A stretch of 64,000 bases of DNA, from contig JAUCBJ010004934.1 in assembly GCA_032718475.1 (NCBI GenBank), positions 62,001 through 126,000 on the forward strand, given 5' to 3'. Made by a program: the position numbers and the translations under genes. Origin of the DNA: Nemertoderma westbladi. Lineage: Eukaryota > Animalia > Xenacoelomorpha. Positions 39,601-55,300 of the stretch are shown in pieces. Below the pieces are notes generated by a model. The model had not been told where the DNA came from, did not search any database, and was given only the letters and a program-made list of their open reading frames with translations. The number at the start of each line of letters is the position of its first letter. Within the stretch, counting starts at the first letter, position 1.

Positions 39601-42084
39601 TTGGGTACAGTCTAGAACTTTCATTATATTTGCTACTAAAAATAAAGTAACTATATCAACATAGTTTGGGTACAGTCTAGAACTTTCATTATATTTGCTA
39701 CTAAAAATAAAGTAACTATATCAACATAGTTTGGGTAGAGTCTAGAACTTTCATTATATTTGCTACTAAAAATTACTGAGAGCGAGAATAACATTATATT
39801 TGCTACTAAAAATAAAGTAACTATATCAACACAGTTTGGGTACAGTCTAGAACTTTCATTATATTTGCTACTAAAAATTACTGAGAGCGAGAATAACATT
39901 ATATTTGCTACTAAAAATAAAGTAACTATATCAACATAGTTTGGGTACAGTCTAGAACTTTCATTATATTTGCTACTAAAAATTACTGAGAGCGAGAATA
40001 ACATTATATTTGCTACTAAAAATAAAGTAACTATATCAACATAGTTTGGGTACAGTCTAGAACTTTCATTATATTTGCTACTAAAAATAAAGTAACTATA
40101 TCAACATAGTTTGGGTACAGTCTAGAACTTTCATTATATTTGCTACTAAAAATAAAGTAACTATATCAACATAGTTTGGGTAGAGTCTAGAACTTTCATT
40201 ATATTTGCTACTAAAAATTACTGAGAGCGAGAATAACATTATATTTGCTACTAAAAATAAAGTAACTATATCAACATAGTTTGGGTACAGTCTAGAACTT
40301 TCATTATATTTGCTACTAAAAATTACTGAGAGCGAGAATAACATTATATTTGCTACTAAAAATAAAGTAACTATATCAACATAGTTTGGGTACAGTCTAG
40401 AACTTTCATTATATTTGCTACTAAAAATAAAGTAACTATATCAACATAGTTTGGGTACAGTCTAGAACTTTCATTATATTTGCTACTAAAAATAAAGTAA
40501 CTATATCAACATAGTTTGGGTACAGTCTAGAACTTTCATTATATTTGCTACTAAAAATAAAGTAACTATATCAACATAGTTTGGGTAGAGTCTAGAACTT
40601 TCATTATATTTGCTACTAAAAATTACTGAGAGCGAGAATAACATTATATTTGCTACTAAAAATAAAGTAACTATATCAACATAGTTTGGGTAGAGTCTAG
40701 AACTTTCATTATATTTGCTACTAAAAATTACTGAGAGCGAGAATAACATTATATTTGCTACTAAAAATAAAGTAACTATATCAACATAGTTTGGGTACAG
40801 TCTAGAACTTTCATTATATTTGCTACTAAAAATTACTGAGAGCGAGAATAACATTATATTTGCTACTAAAAATAAAGTAACTATATCAACATAGTTTGGG
40901 TACAGTCTAGAACTTTCATTATATTTGCTACTAAAAATAAAGTAACTATATCAACATAGTTTGGGTACAGTCTAGAACTTTCATTATATTTGCTACTAAA
41001 AATTACTGAGAGCGAGAATAACATTATATTAGCTACTAAAAATAAAGTAACTATATCAACACAGTTTGGGTACAGTCTAGAACTTTCATTATATTTGCTA
41101 CTAAAAATTACTGAGAGCGAGAATAACATTATATTTGCTACTAAAAATAAAGTAACTATATCAACATAGTTTGGGTACAGTCTAGAACTTTCATTATATT
41201 TGCTACTAAAAATAAAGTAACTATATCAACATAGTTTGGGTACAGTCTAGAACTTTCATTATATTTGCTACTAAAAATTACTGAGAGCGAGAATAACATT
41301 ATATTTGCTACTAAAAATAAAGTAACTATATCAACATAGTTTGGGTACAGTCTAGAACTTTCATTATATTTGCTACTAAAAATAAAGTAACTATATCAAC
41401 ATAGTTTGGGTACAGTCTAGAACTTTCATTATATTTGCTACTAAAAATAAAGTAACTATATCAACATAGTTTGGGTACAGTCTAGAACTTTCATTATATT
41501 TGCTACTAAAAATAAAGTAACTATATCAACACAGTTTGGGTACAGTCTAGAACTTTCATTATATTTGCTACTAAAAATAAAGTAACTATATCAACACAGT
41601 TTGGGTACAGTCTAGAACTTTCATTATATTTGCTACTAAAAATAAAGTAACTATATCAACATAGTTTGGGTACAGTCTAGAACTTTCATTATATTTGCTA
41701 CTAAAAATAAAGTAACTATATCAACATAGTTTGGGTACAGTCTAGAACTTTCATTATATTTGCTACTAAAAATTACTGAGAGCGAGAATAACATTATATT
41801 TGCTACTAAAAATAAAGTAACTATATCAACACAGTTTGGGTACAGTCTAGAACTTTCATTATATTTGCTACTAAAAATAAAGTAACTATATCAACACAGT
41901 TTGGGTACAGTCTAGAACTTTCATTATATTTGCTACTAAAAATAAAGTAACTATATCAACACAGTTTGGGTACAGTCTAGAACTTTCATTATATTTGCTA
42001 CTAAAAATAAAGTAACTATATCAACACAGTTTGGGTACAGTCTAGAACTTTCATTATATTTGCTACTAAAAATAAAGTAACTAT

Positions 42085-43370
42085 ATCAACACAGTTTGGG
42101 TACAGTCTAGAACTTTCATTATATTTGCTACTAAAAATAAAGTAACTATATCAACATAGTTTGGGTACAGTCTAGAACTTTCATTATATTTGCTACTAAA
42201 AATAAAGTAACTATATCAACATAGTTTGGGTACAGTCTAGAACTTTCATTATATTTGCTACTAAAAATAAAGTAACTATATCAACATAGTTTGGGTACAG
42301 TCTAGAACTTTCATTATATTTGCTACTAAAAATAAAGTAACTATATCAACACAGTTTGGGTACAGTCTAGAACTTTCATTATATTTGCTACTAAAAATAA
42401 AGTAACTATATCAACATAGTTTGGGTACAGTCTAGAACTTTCATTATATTTGCTACTAAAAATAAAGTAACTATATCAACATAGTTTGGGTACAGTCTAG
42501 AACTTTCATTATATTTGCTACTAAAAATAAAGTAACTATATCAACATAGTTTGGGTACAGTCTAGAACTTTCATTATATTTGCTACTAAAAATAAAGTAA
42601 CTATATCAACACAGTTTGGGTACAGTCTAGAACTTTCATTATATTTGCTACTAAAAATAAAGTAACTATATCAACATAGTTTGGGTACAGTCTAGAACTT
42701 TCATTATATTTGCTACTAAAAATAAAGTAACTATATCAACATAGTTTGGGTACAGTCTAGAACTTTCATTATATTTGCTACTAAAAATAAAGTAACTATA
42801 TCAACATAGTTTGGGTACAGTCTAGAACTTTCATTATATTTGCTACTAAAAATAAAGTAACTATATCAACACAGTTTGGGTACAGTCTAGAACTTTCATT
42901 ATATTTGCTACTAAAAATAAAGTAACTATATCAACATAGTTTGGGTACAGTCTAGAACTTTCATTATATTTGCTACTAAAAATAAAGTAACTATATCAAC
43001 ATAGTTTGGGTACAGTCTAGAACTTTCATTATATTTGCTACTAAAAATAAAGTAACTATATCAACATAGTTTGGGTACAGTCTAGAACTTTCATTATATT
43101 TGCTACTAAAAATAAAGTAACTATATCAACACAGTTTGGGTACAGTCTAGAACTTTCATTATATTTGCTACTAAAAATAAAGTAACTATATCAACATAGT
43201 TTGGGTACAGTCTAGAACTTTCATTATATTTGCTACTAAAAATAAAGTAACTATATCAACATAGTTTGGGTACAGTCTAGAACTTTCATTATATTTGCTA
43301 CTAAAAATAAAGTAACTATATCAACATAGTTTGGGTACAGTCTAGAACTTTCATTATATTTGCTACTAAA
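42085..43370. repeat. 260-bp tetramer higher-order repeat (C,T,T,T) x5
   Basis: ACAG units at 42091, 42351, 42611, 42871, 43131, each followed by three ATAG units. Confidence 0.88.
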
Positions 43371-46300
43371 AATTACCGAGAGCGAGAATAACATTATATT
43401 TGCTACTAAAAATAAAGTAACTATATCAACATAGTTTGGGTACAGTCTAGAACTTTCATTATATTTGCTACTAAAAATTACCGAGAGCGAGAATAACATT
43501 ATATTTGCTACTAAAAATAAAGTAACTATATCAACACAGTTTGGGTACAGTCTAGAACTTTCATTATATTTGCTACTAAAAATTACCGAGAGCGAGAATA
43601 ACATTATATTTGCTACTAAAAATAAAGTAACTATATCAACATAGTTTGGGTACAGTCTAGAACTTTCATTATATTTGCTACTAAAAATTACCGAGAGCGA
43701 GAATAACATTATATTTGCTACTAAAAATAAAGTAACTATATCAACACAGTTTGGGTACAGTCTAGAACTTTCATTATATTTGCTACTAAAAATTACCGAG
43801 AGCGAGAATAACATTATATTTGCTACTAAAAATAAAGTAACTATATCAACACAGTTTGGGTACAGTCTAGAACTTTCATTATATTTGCTACTAAAAATTA
43901 CCGAGAGCGAGAATAACATTATATTTGCTACTAAAAATAAAGTAACTATATCAACACAGTTTGGGTACAGTCTAGAACTTTCATTATATTTGCTACTAAA
44001 AATAAAGTAACTATATCAACACAGTTTGGGTACAGTCTAGAACTTTCATTATATTTGCTACTAAAAATTACTGAGAGCGAGAATAACATTATATTTGCTA
44101 CTAAAAATAAAGTAACTATATCAACACAGTTTGGGTACAGTCTAGAACTTTCATTATATTTGCTACTAAAAATAAAGTAACTATATCAACACAGTTTGGG
44201 TACAGTCTAGAACTTTCATTATATTTGCTACTAAAAATAAAGTAACTATATCAACACAGTTTGGGTACAGTCTAGAACTTTCATTATATTTGCTACTAAA
44301 AATAAAGTAACTATATCAACACAGTTTGGGTACAGTCTAGAACTTTCATTATATTTGCTACTAAAAATAAAGTAACTATATCAACACAGTTTGGGTACAG
44401 TCTAGAACTTTCATTATATTTGCTACTAAAAATAAAGTAACTATATCAACATAGTTTGGGTACAGTCTAGAACTTTCATTATATTTGCTACTAAAAATTA
44501 CCGAGAGCGAGAATAACATTATATTTGCTACTAAAAATAAAGTAACTATATCAACACAGTTTGGGTACAGTCTAGAACTTTCATTATATTTGCTACTAAA
44601 AATTACCGAGAGCGAGAATAACATTATATTTGCTACTAAAAATAAAGTAACTATATCAACACAGTTTGGGTACAGTCTAGAACTTTCATTATATTTGCTA
44701 CTAAAAATTACCGAGAGCGAGAATAACATTATATTTGCTACTAAAAATAAAGTAACTATATCAACACAGTTTGGGTACAGTCTAGAACTTTCATTATATT
44801 TGCTACTAAAAATAAAGTAACTATATCAACACAGTTTGGGTACAGTCTAGAACTTTCATTATATTTGCTACTAAAAATTACTGAGAGCGAGAATAACATT
44901 ATATTTGCTACTAAAAATAAAGTAACTATATCAACACAGTTTGGGTACAGTCTAGAACTTTCATTATATTAGCTACTAAAAATAAAGTAACTATATCAAC
45001 ACAGTTTGGGTACAGTCTAGAACTTTCATTATATTTGCTACTAAAAATAAAGTAACTATATCAACACAGTTTGGGTACAGTCTAGAACTTTCATTATATT
45101 TGCTACTAAAAATAAAGTAACTATATCAACACAGTTTGGGTACAGTCTAGAACTTTCATTATATTTGCTACTAAAAATAAAGTAACTATATCAACACAGT
45201 TTGGGTACAGTCTAGAACTTTCATTATATTTGCTACTAAAAATTACTGAGAGCGAGAATAACATTATATTTGCTACTAAAAATAAAGTAACTATATCAAC
45301 ACAGTTTGGGTACAGTCTAGAACTTTCATTATATTTGCTACTAAAAATTACTGAGAGCGAGAATAACATTATATTTGCTACTAAAAATAAAGTAACTATA
45401 TCAACACAGTTTGGGTACAGTCTAGAACTTTCATTATATTAGCTACTAAAAATAAAGTAACTATATCAACACAGTTTGGGTACAGTCTAGAACTTTCATT
45501 ATATTTGCTACTAAAAATAAAGTAACTATATCAACACAGTTTGGGTACAGTCTAGAACTTTCATTATATTTGCTACTAAAAATTACTGAGAGCGAGAATA
45601 ACATTATATTTGCTACTAAAAATAAAGTAACTATATCAACACAGTTTGGGTACAGTCTAGAACTTTCATTATATTAGCTACTAAAAATAAAGTAACTATA
45701 TCAACACAGTTTGGGTACAGTCTAGAACTTTCATTATATTTGCTACTAAAAATAAAGTAACTATATCAACACAGTTTGGGTACAGTCTAGAACTTTCATT
45801 ATATTTGCTACTAAAAATTACTGAGAGCGAGAATAACATTATATTTGCTACTAAAAATAAAGTAACTATATCAACACAGTTTGGGTACAGTCTAGAACTT
45901 TCATTATATTTGCTACTAAAAATTACTGAGAGCGAGAATAACATTATATTTGCTACTAAAAATAAAGTAACTATATCAACACAGTTTGGGTACAGTCTAG
46001 AACTTTCATTATATTAGCTACTAAAAATAAAGTAACTATATCAACACAGTTTGGGTACAGTCTAGAACTTTCATTATATTTGCTACTAAAAATAAAGTAA
46101 CTATATCAACACAGTTTGGGTACAGTCTAGAACTTTCATTATATTTGCTACTAAAAATAAAGTAACTATATCAACACAGTTTGGGTACAGTCTAGAACTT
46201 TCATTATATTTGCTACTAAAAATAAAGTAACTATATCAACACAGTTTGGGTACAGTCTAGAACTTTCATTATATTTGCTACTAAAAATAAAGTAACTATA

Positions 46301-49300
46301 TCAACACAGTTTGGGTACAGTCTAGAACTTTCATTATATTTGCTACTAAAAATAAAGTAACTATATCAACACAGTTTGGGTACAGTCTAGAACTTTCATT
46401 ATATTTGCTACTAAAAATAAAGTAACTATATCAACACAGTTTGGGTACAGTCTAGAACTTTCATTATATTTGCTACTAAAAATTACTGAGAGCGAGAATA
46501 ACATTATATTTGCTACTAAAAATAAAGTAACTATATCAACATAGTTTGGGTACAGTCTAGAACTTTCATTATATTTGCTACTAAAAATAAAGTAACTATA
46601 TCAACACAGTTTGGGTACAGTCTAGAACTTTCATTATATTTGCTACTAAAAATTACTGAGAGCGAGAATAACATTATATTTGCTACTAAAAATAAAGTAA
46701 CTATATCAACATAGTTTGGGTACAGTCTAGAACTTTCATTATATTTGCTACTAAAAATAAAGTAACTATATCAACACAGTTTGGGTACAGTCTAGAACTT
46801 TCATTATATTTGCTACTAAAAATAAAGTAACTATATCAACACAGTTTGGGTACAGTCTAGAACTTTCATTATATTTGCTACTAAAAATAAAGTAACTATA
46901 TCAACACAGTTTGGGTACAGTCTAGAACTTTCATTATATTTGCTACTAAAAATAAAGTAACTATATCAACACAGTTTGGGTACAGTCTAGAACTTTCATT
47001 ATATTTGCTACTAAAAATAAAGTAACTATATCAACATAGTTTGGGTACAGTCTAGAACTTTCATTATATTTGCTACTAAAAATAAAGTAACTATATCAAC
47101 ATAGTTTGGGTACAGTCTAGAACTTTCATTATATTTGCTACTAAAAATAAAGTAACTATATCAACACAGTTTGGATACAGTCTAGAACTTTCATTATATT
47201 AGCTACTAAAAATAAAGTAACTATATCAACACAGTTTGGGTACAGTCTAGAACTTTCATTATATTTGCTACTAAAAATAAAGTAACTATATCAACACAGT
47301 TTGGATACAGTCTAGAACTTTCATTATATTAGCTACTAAAAATAAAGTAACTATATCAACACAGTTTGGGTACAGTCTAGAACTTTCATTATATTTGCTA
47401 CTAAAAATAAAGTAACTATATCAACATAGTTTGGGTACAGTCTAGAACTTTCATTATATTTGCTACTAAAAATAAAGTAACTATATCAACACAGTTTGGA
47501 TACAGTCTAGAACTTTCATTATATTAGCTACTAAAAATAAAGTAACTATATCAACACAGTTTGGGTACAGTCTAGAACTTTCATTATATTTGCTACTAAA
47601 AATAAAGTAACTATATCAACACAGTTTGGGTACAGTCTAGAACTTTCATTATATTTGCTACTAAAAATAAAGTAACTATATCAACATAGTTTGGGTACAG
47701 TCTAGAACTTTCATTATATTTGCTACTAAAAATAAAGTAACTATATCAACACAGTTTGGGTACAGTCTAGAACTTTCATTATATTTGCTACTAAAAATAA
47801 AGTAACTATATCAACACAGTTTGGGTACAGTCTAGAACTTTCATTATATTTGCTACTAAAAATAAAGTAACTATATCAACACAGTTTGGGTACAGTCTAG
47901 AACTTTCATTATATTTGCTACTAAAAATAAAGTAACTATATCAACATAGTTTGGGTACAGTCTAGAACTTTCATTATATTTGCAACTAAAAATAAAGTAA
48001 CTATATCAACATAGTTTGGGTACAGTCTAGAACTTTCATTATATTTGCTACTAAAAATAAAGTAACTATATCAACATAGTTTGGGTACAGTCTAGAACTT
48101 TCATTATATTTGCTACTAAAAATTACTGAGAGCGAGAATAACATTATATTTGCTACTAAAAATAAAGTAACTATATCAACATAGTTTGGGTACAGTCTAG
48201 AACTTTCATTATATTTGCTACTAAAAATAAAGTAACTATATCAACACAGTTTGGGTACAGTCTAGAACTTTCATTATATTTGCTACTAAAAATTACTGAG
48301 AGCGAGAATAACATTATATTTGCTACTAAAAATAAAGTAACTATATCAACATAGTTTGGGTACAGTCTAGAACTTTCATTATATTTGCTACTAAAAATAA
48401 AGTAACTATATCAACACAGTTTGGGTACAGTCTAGAACTTTCATTATATTTGCTACTAAAAATAAAGTAACTATATCAACATAGTTTGGGTACAGTCTAG
48501 AACTTTCATTATATTTGCTACTAAAAATAAAGTAACTATATCAACACAGTTTGGGTACAGTCTAGAACTTTCATTATATTTGCTACTAAAAATAAAGTAA
48601 CTATATCAACACAGTTTGGGTACAGTCTAGAACTTTCATTATATTTGCTACTAAAAATAAAGTAACTATATCAACACAGTTTGGGTACAGTCTAGAACTT
48701 TCATTATATTTGCTACTAAAAATAAAGTAACTATATCAACACAGTTTGGGTACAGTCTAGAACTTTCATTATATTTGCTACTAAAAATAAAGTAACTATA
48801 TCAACACAGTTTGGGTACAGTCTAGAACTTTCATTATATTTGCTACTAAAAATAAAGTAACTATATCAACACAGTTTGGGTACAGTCTAGAACTTTCATT
48901 ATATTTGCTACTAAAAATTACTGAGAGCGAGAATAACATTATATTTGCTACTAAAAATAAAGTAACTATATCAACATAGTTTGGGTACAGTCTAGAACTT
49001 TCATTATATTTGCTACTAAAAATAAAGTAACTATATCAACATAGTTTGGGTACAGTCTAGAACTTTCATTATATTTGCTACTAAAAATAAAGTAACTATA
49101 TCAACACAGTTTGGGTACAGTCTAGAACTTTCATTATATTTGCTACTAAAAATAAAGTAACTATATCAACACAGTTTGGGTACAGTCTAGAACTTTCATT
49201 ATATTTGCTACTAAAAATAAAGTAACTATATCAACACAGTTTGGGTACAGTCTAGAACTTTCATTATATTTGCTACTAAAAATAAAGTAACTATATCAAC

Positions 49301-52300
49301 ACAGTTTGGGTACAGTCTAGAACTTTCATTATATTTGCTACTAAAAATTACTGAGAGCGAGAATAACATTATATTTGCTACTAAAAATAAAGTAACTATA
49401 TCAACATAGTTTGGGTACAGTCTAGAACTTTCATTATATTTGCTACTAAAAATAAAGTAACTATATCAACACAGTTTGGGTACAGTCTAGAACTTTCATT
49501 ATATTTGCTACTAAAAATAAAGTAACTATATCAACACAGTTTGGGTACAGTCTAGAACTTTCATTATATTTGCTACTAAAAATAAAGTAACTATATCAAC
49601 ACAGTTTGGGTACAGTCTAGAACTTTCATTATATTTGCTACTAAAAATAAAGTAACTATATCAACACAGTTTGGGTACAGTCTAGAACTTTCATTATATT
49701 TGCTACTAAAAATAAAGTAACTATATCAACACAGTTTGGGTACAGTCTAGAACTTTCATTATATTTGCTACTAAAAATAAAGTAACTATATCAACACAGT
49801 TTGGGTACAGTCTAGAACTTTCATTATATTTGCTACTAAAAATAAAGTAACTATATCAACACAGTTTGGGTACAGTCTAGAACTTTCATTATATTTGCTA
49901 CTAAAAATAAAGTAACTATATCAACACAGTTTGGGTACAGTCTAGAACTTTCATTATATTTGCTACTAAAAATTACTGAGAGCGAGAATAACATTATATT
50001 TGCTACTAAAAATAAAGTAACTATATCAACATAGTTTGGGTACAGTCTAGAACTTTCATTATATTTGCTACTAAAAATAAAGTAACTATATCAACATAGT
50101 TTGGGTACAGTCTAGAACTTTCATTATATTTGCTACTAAAAATAAAGTAACTATATCAACACAGTTTGGGTACAGTCTAGAACTTTCATTATATTTGCTA
50201 CTAAAAATAAAGTAACTATATCAACATAGTTTGGGTACAGTCTAGAACTTTCATTATATTTGCTACTAAAAATAAAGTAACTATATCAACACAGTTTGGG
50301 TACAGTCTAGAACTTTCATTATATTTGCTACTAAAAATAAAGTAACTATATCAACACAGTTTGGGTACAGTCTAGAACTTTCATTATATTTGCTACTAAA
50401 AATAAAGTAACTATATCAACACAGTTTGGGTACAGTCTAGAACTTTCATTATATTTGCTACTAAAAATAAAGTAACTATATCAACATAGTTTGGGTACAG
50501 TCTAGAACTTTCATTATATTTGCAACTAAAAATAAAGTAACTATATCAACATAGTTTGGGTACAGTCTAGAACTTTCATTATATTTGCTACTAAAAATAA
50601 AGTAACTATATCAACATAGTTTGGGTACAGTCTAGAACTTTCATTATATTTGCTACTAAAAATTACTGAGAGCGAGAATAACATTATATTTGCTACTAAA
50701 AATAAAGTAACTATATCAACATAGTTTGGGTACAGTCTAGAACTTTCATTATATTTGCTACTAAAAATAAAGTAACTATATCAACACAGTTTGGGTACAG
50801 TCTAGAACTTTCATTATATTTGCTACTAAAAATTACTGAGAGCGAGAATAACATTATATTTGCTACTAAAAATAAAGTAACTATATCAACATAGTTTGGG
50901 TACAGTCTAGAACTTTCATTATATTTGCTACTAAAAATAAAGTAACTATATCAACACAGTTTGGGTACAGTCTAGAACTTTCATTATATTTGCTACTAAA
51001 AATTACTGAGAGCGAGAATAACATTATATTTGCTACTAAAAATAAAGTAACTATATCAACATAGTTTGGGTACAGTCTAGAACTTTCATTATATTTGCTA
51101 CTAAAAATAAAGTAACTATATCAACATAGTTTGGGTACAGTCTAGAACTTTCATTATATTTGCTACTAAAAATTACTGAGAGCGAGAATAACATTATATT
51201 TGCTACTAAAAATAAAGTAACTATATCAACATAGTTTGGGTACAGTCTAGAACTTTCATTATATTTGCTACTAAAAATTACTGAGAGCGAGAATAACATT
51301 ATATTTGCTACTAAAAATAAAGTAACTATATCAACATAGTTTGGGTACAGTCTAGAACTTTCATTATATTTGCTACTAAAAATAAAGTAACTATATCAAC
51401 ATAGTTTGGGTACAGTCTAGAACTTTCATTATATTTGCTACTAAAAATAAAGTAACTATATCAACACAGTTTGGGTACAGTCTAGAACTTTCATTATATT
51501 TGCTACTAAAAATTACTGAGAGCGAGAATAACATTATATTTGCTACTAAAAATAAAGTAACTATATCAACATAGTTTGGGTACAGTCTAGAACTTTCATT
51601 ATATTTGCTACTAAAAATAAAGTAACTATATCAACATAGTTTGGGTACAGTCTAGAACTTTCATTATATTTGCTACTAAAAATAAAGTAACTATATCAAC
51701 ATAGTTTGGGTACAGTCTAGAACTTTCATTATATTTGCTACTAAAAATAAAGTAACTATATCAACACAGTTTGGGTACAGTCTAGAACTTTCATTATATT
51801 TGCTACTAAAAATAAAGTAACTATATCAACACAGTTTGGGTACAGTCTAGAACTTTCATTATATTTGCTACTAAAAATTACTGAGAGCGAGAATAACATT
51901 ATATTTGCTACTAAAAATAAAGTAACTATATCAACATAGTTTGGGTACAGTCTAGAACTTTCATTATATTTGCTACTAAAAATAAAGTAACTATATCAAC
52001 ACAGTTTGGGTACAGTCTAGAACTTTCATTATATTTGCTACTAAAAATAAAGTAACTATATCAACACAGTTTGGGTACAGTCTAGAACTTTCATTATATT
52101 TGCTACTAAAAATAAAGTAACTATATCAACACAGTTTGGGTACAGTCTAGAACTTTCATTATATTTGCTACTAAAAATAAAGTAACTATATCAACACAGT
52201 TTGGGTACAGTCTAGAACTTTCATTATATTTGCTACTAAAAATAAAGTAACTATATCAACACAGTTTGGGTACAGTCTAGAACTTTCATTATATTTGCTA

Positions 52301-55300
52301 CTAAAAATAAAGTAACTATATCAACATAGTTTGGGTACAGTCTAGAACTTTCATTATATTTGCTACTAAAAATAAAGTAACTATATCAACATAGTTTGGG
52401 TACAGTCTAGAACTTTCATTATATTTGCTACTAAAAATAAAGTAACTATATCAACATAGTTTGGGTACAGTCTAGAACTTTCATTATATTTGCTACTAAA
52501 AATAAAGTAACTATATCAACACAGTTTGGGTACAGTCTAGAACTTTCATTATATTTGCTACTAAAAATAAAGTAACTATATCAACATAGTTTGGGTACAG
52601 TCTAGAACTTTCATTATATTTGCTACTAAAAATAAAGTAACTATATCAACATAGTTTGGGTACAGTCTAGAACTTTCATTATATTTGCTACTAAAAATAA
52701 AGTAACTATATCAACACAGTTTGGGTACAGTCTAGAGCTTTCATTATATTTGCTACTAAAAATAAAGTAACTATATCAACACAGTTTGGGTACAGTCTAG
52801 AACTTTCATTATATTAGCTACTAAAAATAAAGTAACTATATCAACATAGTTTGGGTACAGTCTAGAACTTTCATTATATTTGCTACTAAAAATAAAGTAA
52901 CTATATCAACACAGTTTGGGTACAGTCTAGAACTTTCATTATATTAGCTACTAAAAATAAAGTAACTATATCAACACAGTTTGGGTACAGTCTAGAACTT
53001 TCATTATATTTGCTATTAAAAATTACCGCGAGCGAGAATAACATTATATTTGCTACTAAAAATAAAGTAACTATATCAACATAGTTTGGGTACAGTCTAG
53101 AACTTTCATTATATTTGCTACTAAAAATAAAGTAACTATATCAACACAGTTTGGGTACAGTCTAGAACTTTCATTATATTAGCTACTAAAAATAAAGTAA
53201 CTATATCAACACAGTTTGGGTACAGTCTAGAGCTTTCATTATATTTGCTACTAAAAATAAAGTAACTATATCAACACAGTTTGGGTACAGTCTAGAACTT
53301 TCATTATATTAGCTACTAAAAATAAAGTAACTATATCAACACAGTTTGGGTACAGTCTAGAACTTTCATTATATTTGCTACTAAAAATAAAGTAACTATA
53401 TCAACACAGTTTGGGTACAGTCTAGAACTTTCATTATATTTGCTATTAAAAATTACCGCGAGCGAGAATAACATTATATTTGCTACTAAAAATAAAGTAA
53501 CTATATCAACATAGTTTGGGTACAGTCTAGAACTTTCATTATATTTGCTACTAAAAATAAAGTAACTATATCAACACAGTTTGGGTACAGTCTAGAACTT
53601 TCATTATATTTGCTACTAAAAATAAAGTAACTATATCAACACAGTTTGGGTACAGTCTAGAACTTTCATTATATTAGCTACTAAAAATAAAGTAACTATA
53701 TCAACACAGTTTGGGTACAGTCTAGAACTTTCATTATATTTGCTATTAAAAATTACCGCGAGCGAGAATAACATTATATTTGCTACTAAAAATAAAGTAA
53801 CTATATCAACATAGTTTGGGTACAGTCTAGAACTTTCATTATATTTGCTACTAAAAATAAAGTAACTATATCAACACAGTTTGGGTACAGTCTAGAACTT
53901 TCATTATATTAGCTACTAAAAATAAAGTAACTATATCAACACAGTTTGGGTACAGTCTAGAGCTTTCATTATATTTGCTACTAAAAATAAAGTAACTATA
54001 TCAACACAGTTTGGGTACAGTCTAGAACTTTCATTATATTTGCTACTAAAAATAAAGTAACTATATCAACACAGTTTGGGTACAGTCTAGAACTTTCATT
54101 ATATTTGCTACTAAAAATAAAGTAACTATATCAACACAGTTTGGGTACAGTCTAGAACTTTCATTATATTTGCTACTAAAAATAAAGTAACTATATCAAC
54201 ACAGTTTGGGTACAGTCTAGAACTTTCATTATATTTGCTACTAAAAATAAAGTAACTATATCAACACAGTTTGGGTACAGTCTAGAACTTTCATTATATT
54301 TGCTACTAAAAATAAAGTAACTATATCAACACAGTTTGGGTACAGTCTAGAACTTTCATTATATTAGCTACTAAAAATAAAGTAACTATATCAACATAGT
54401 TTGGATACAGTCTAGAACTTTCATTATATTTGCTACTAAAAATAAAGTAACTATATCAACACAGTTTGGGTACAGTCTAGAACTTTCATTATATTTGCTA
54501 CTAAAAATTACTGAGAGCGAGAATAACATTATATTTGCTACTAAAAATAAAGTAACTATATCAACATAGTTTGGGTACAGTGTAGAACTTTCATTATATT
54601 TGCTACTAAAAATAAAGTAACTATATCAACATAGTTTGGGTAGAGTCTAGAACTTTCATTATATTTGCTACTAAAAATAAAGTAACTATATCAACATAGT
54701 TTGGGTACAGTCTAGAACTTTCATTATATTTGCTACTAAAAATTACTGAGAGCGAGAATAACATTATATTTGCTACTAAAAATAAAGTAACTATATCAAC
54801 ATAGTTTGGGTAGAGTCTAGAACTTTCATTATATTTGCTACTAAAAATAAAGTAACTATATCAACATAGTTTGGGTACAGTCTAGAACTTTCATTATATT
54901 TGCTACTAAAAATAAAGTAACTATATCAACACAGTTTGGGTACAGTCTAGAACTTTCATTATATTTGCTACTAAAAATAAAGTAACTATATCAACACAGT
55001 TTGGGTACAGTCTAGAACTTTCATTATATTTGCTACTAAAAATAAAGTAACTATATCAACACAGTTTGGGTACAGTCTAGAACTTTCATTATATTTGCTA
55101 CTAAAAATAAAGTAACTATATCAACACAGTTTGGGTACAGTCTAGAACTTTCATTATATTTGCTACTAAAAATTACTGAGAGCGAGAATAACATTATATT
55201 TGCTACTAAAAATAAAGTAACTATATCAACATAGTTTGGGTACAGTCTAGAACTTTCATTATATTTGCTACTAAAAATAAAGTAACTATATCAACATAGT

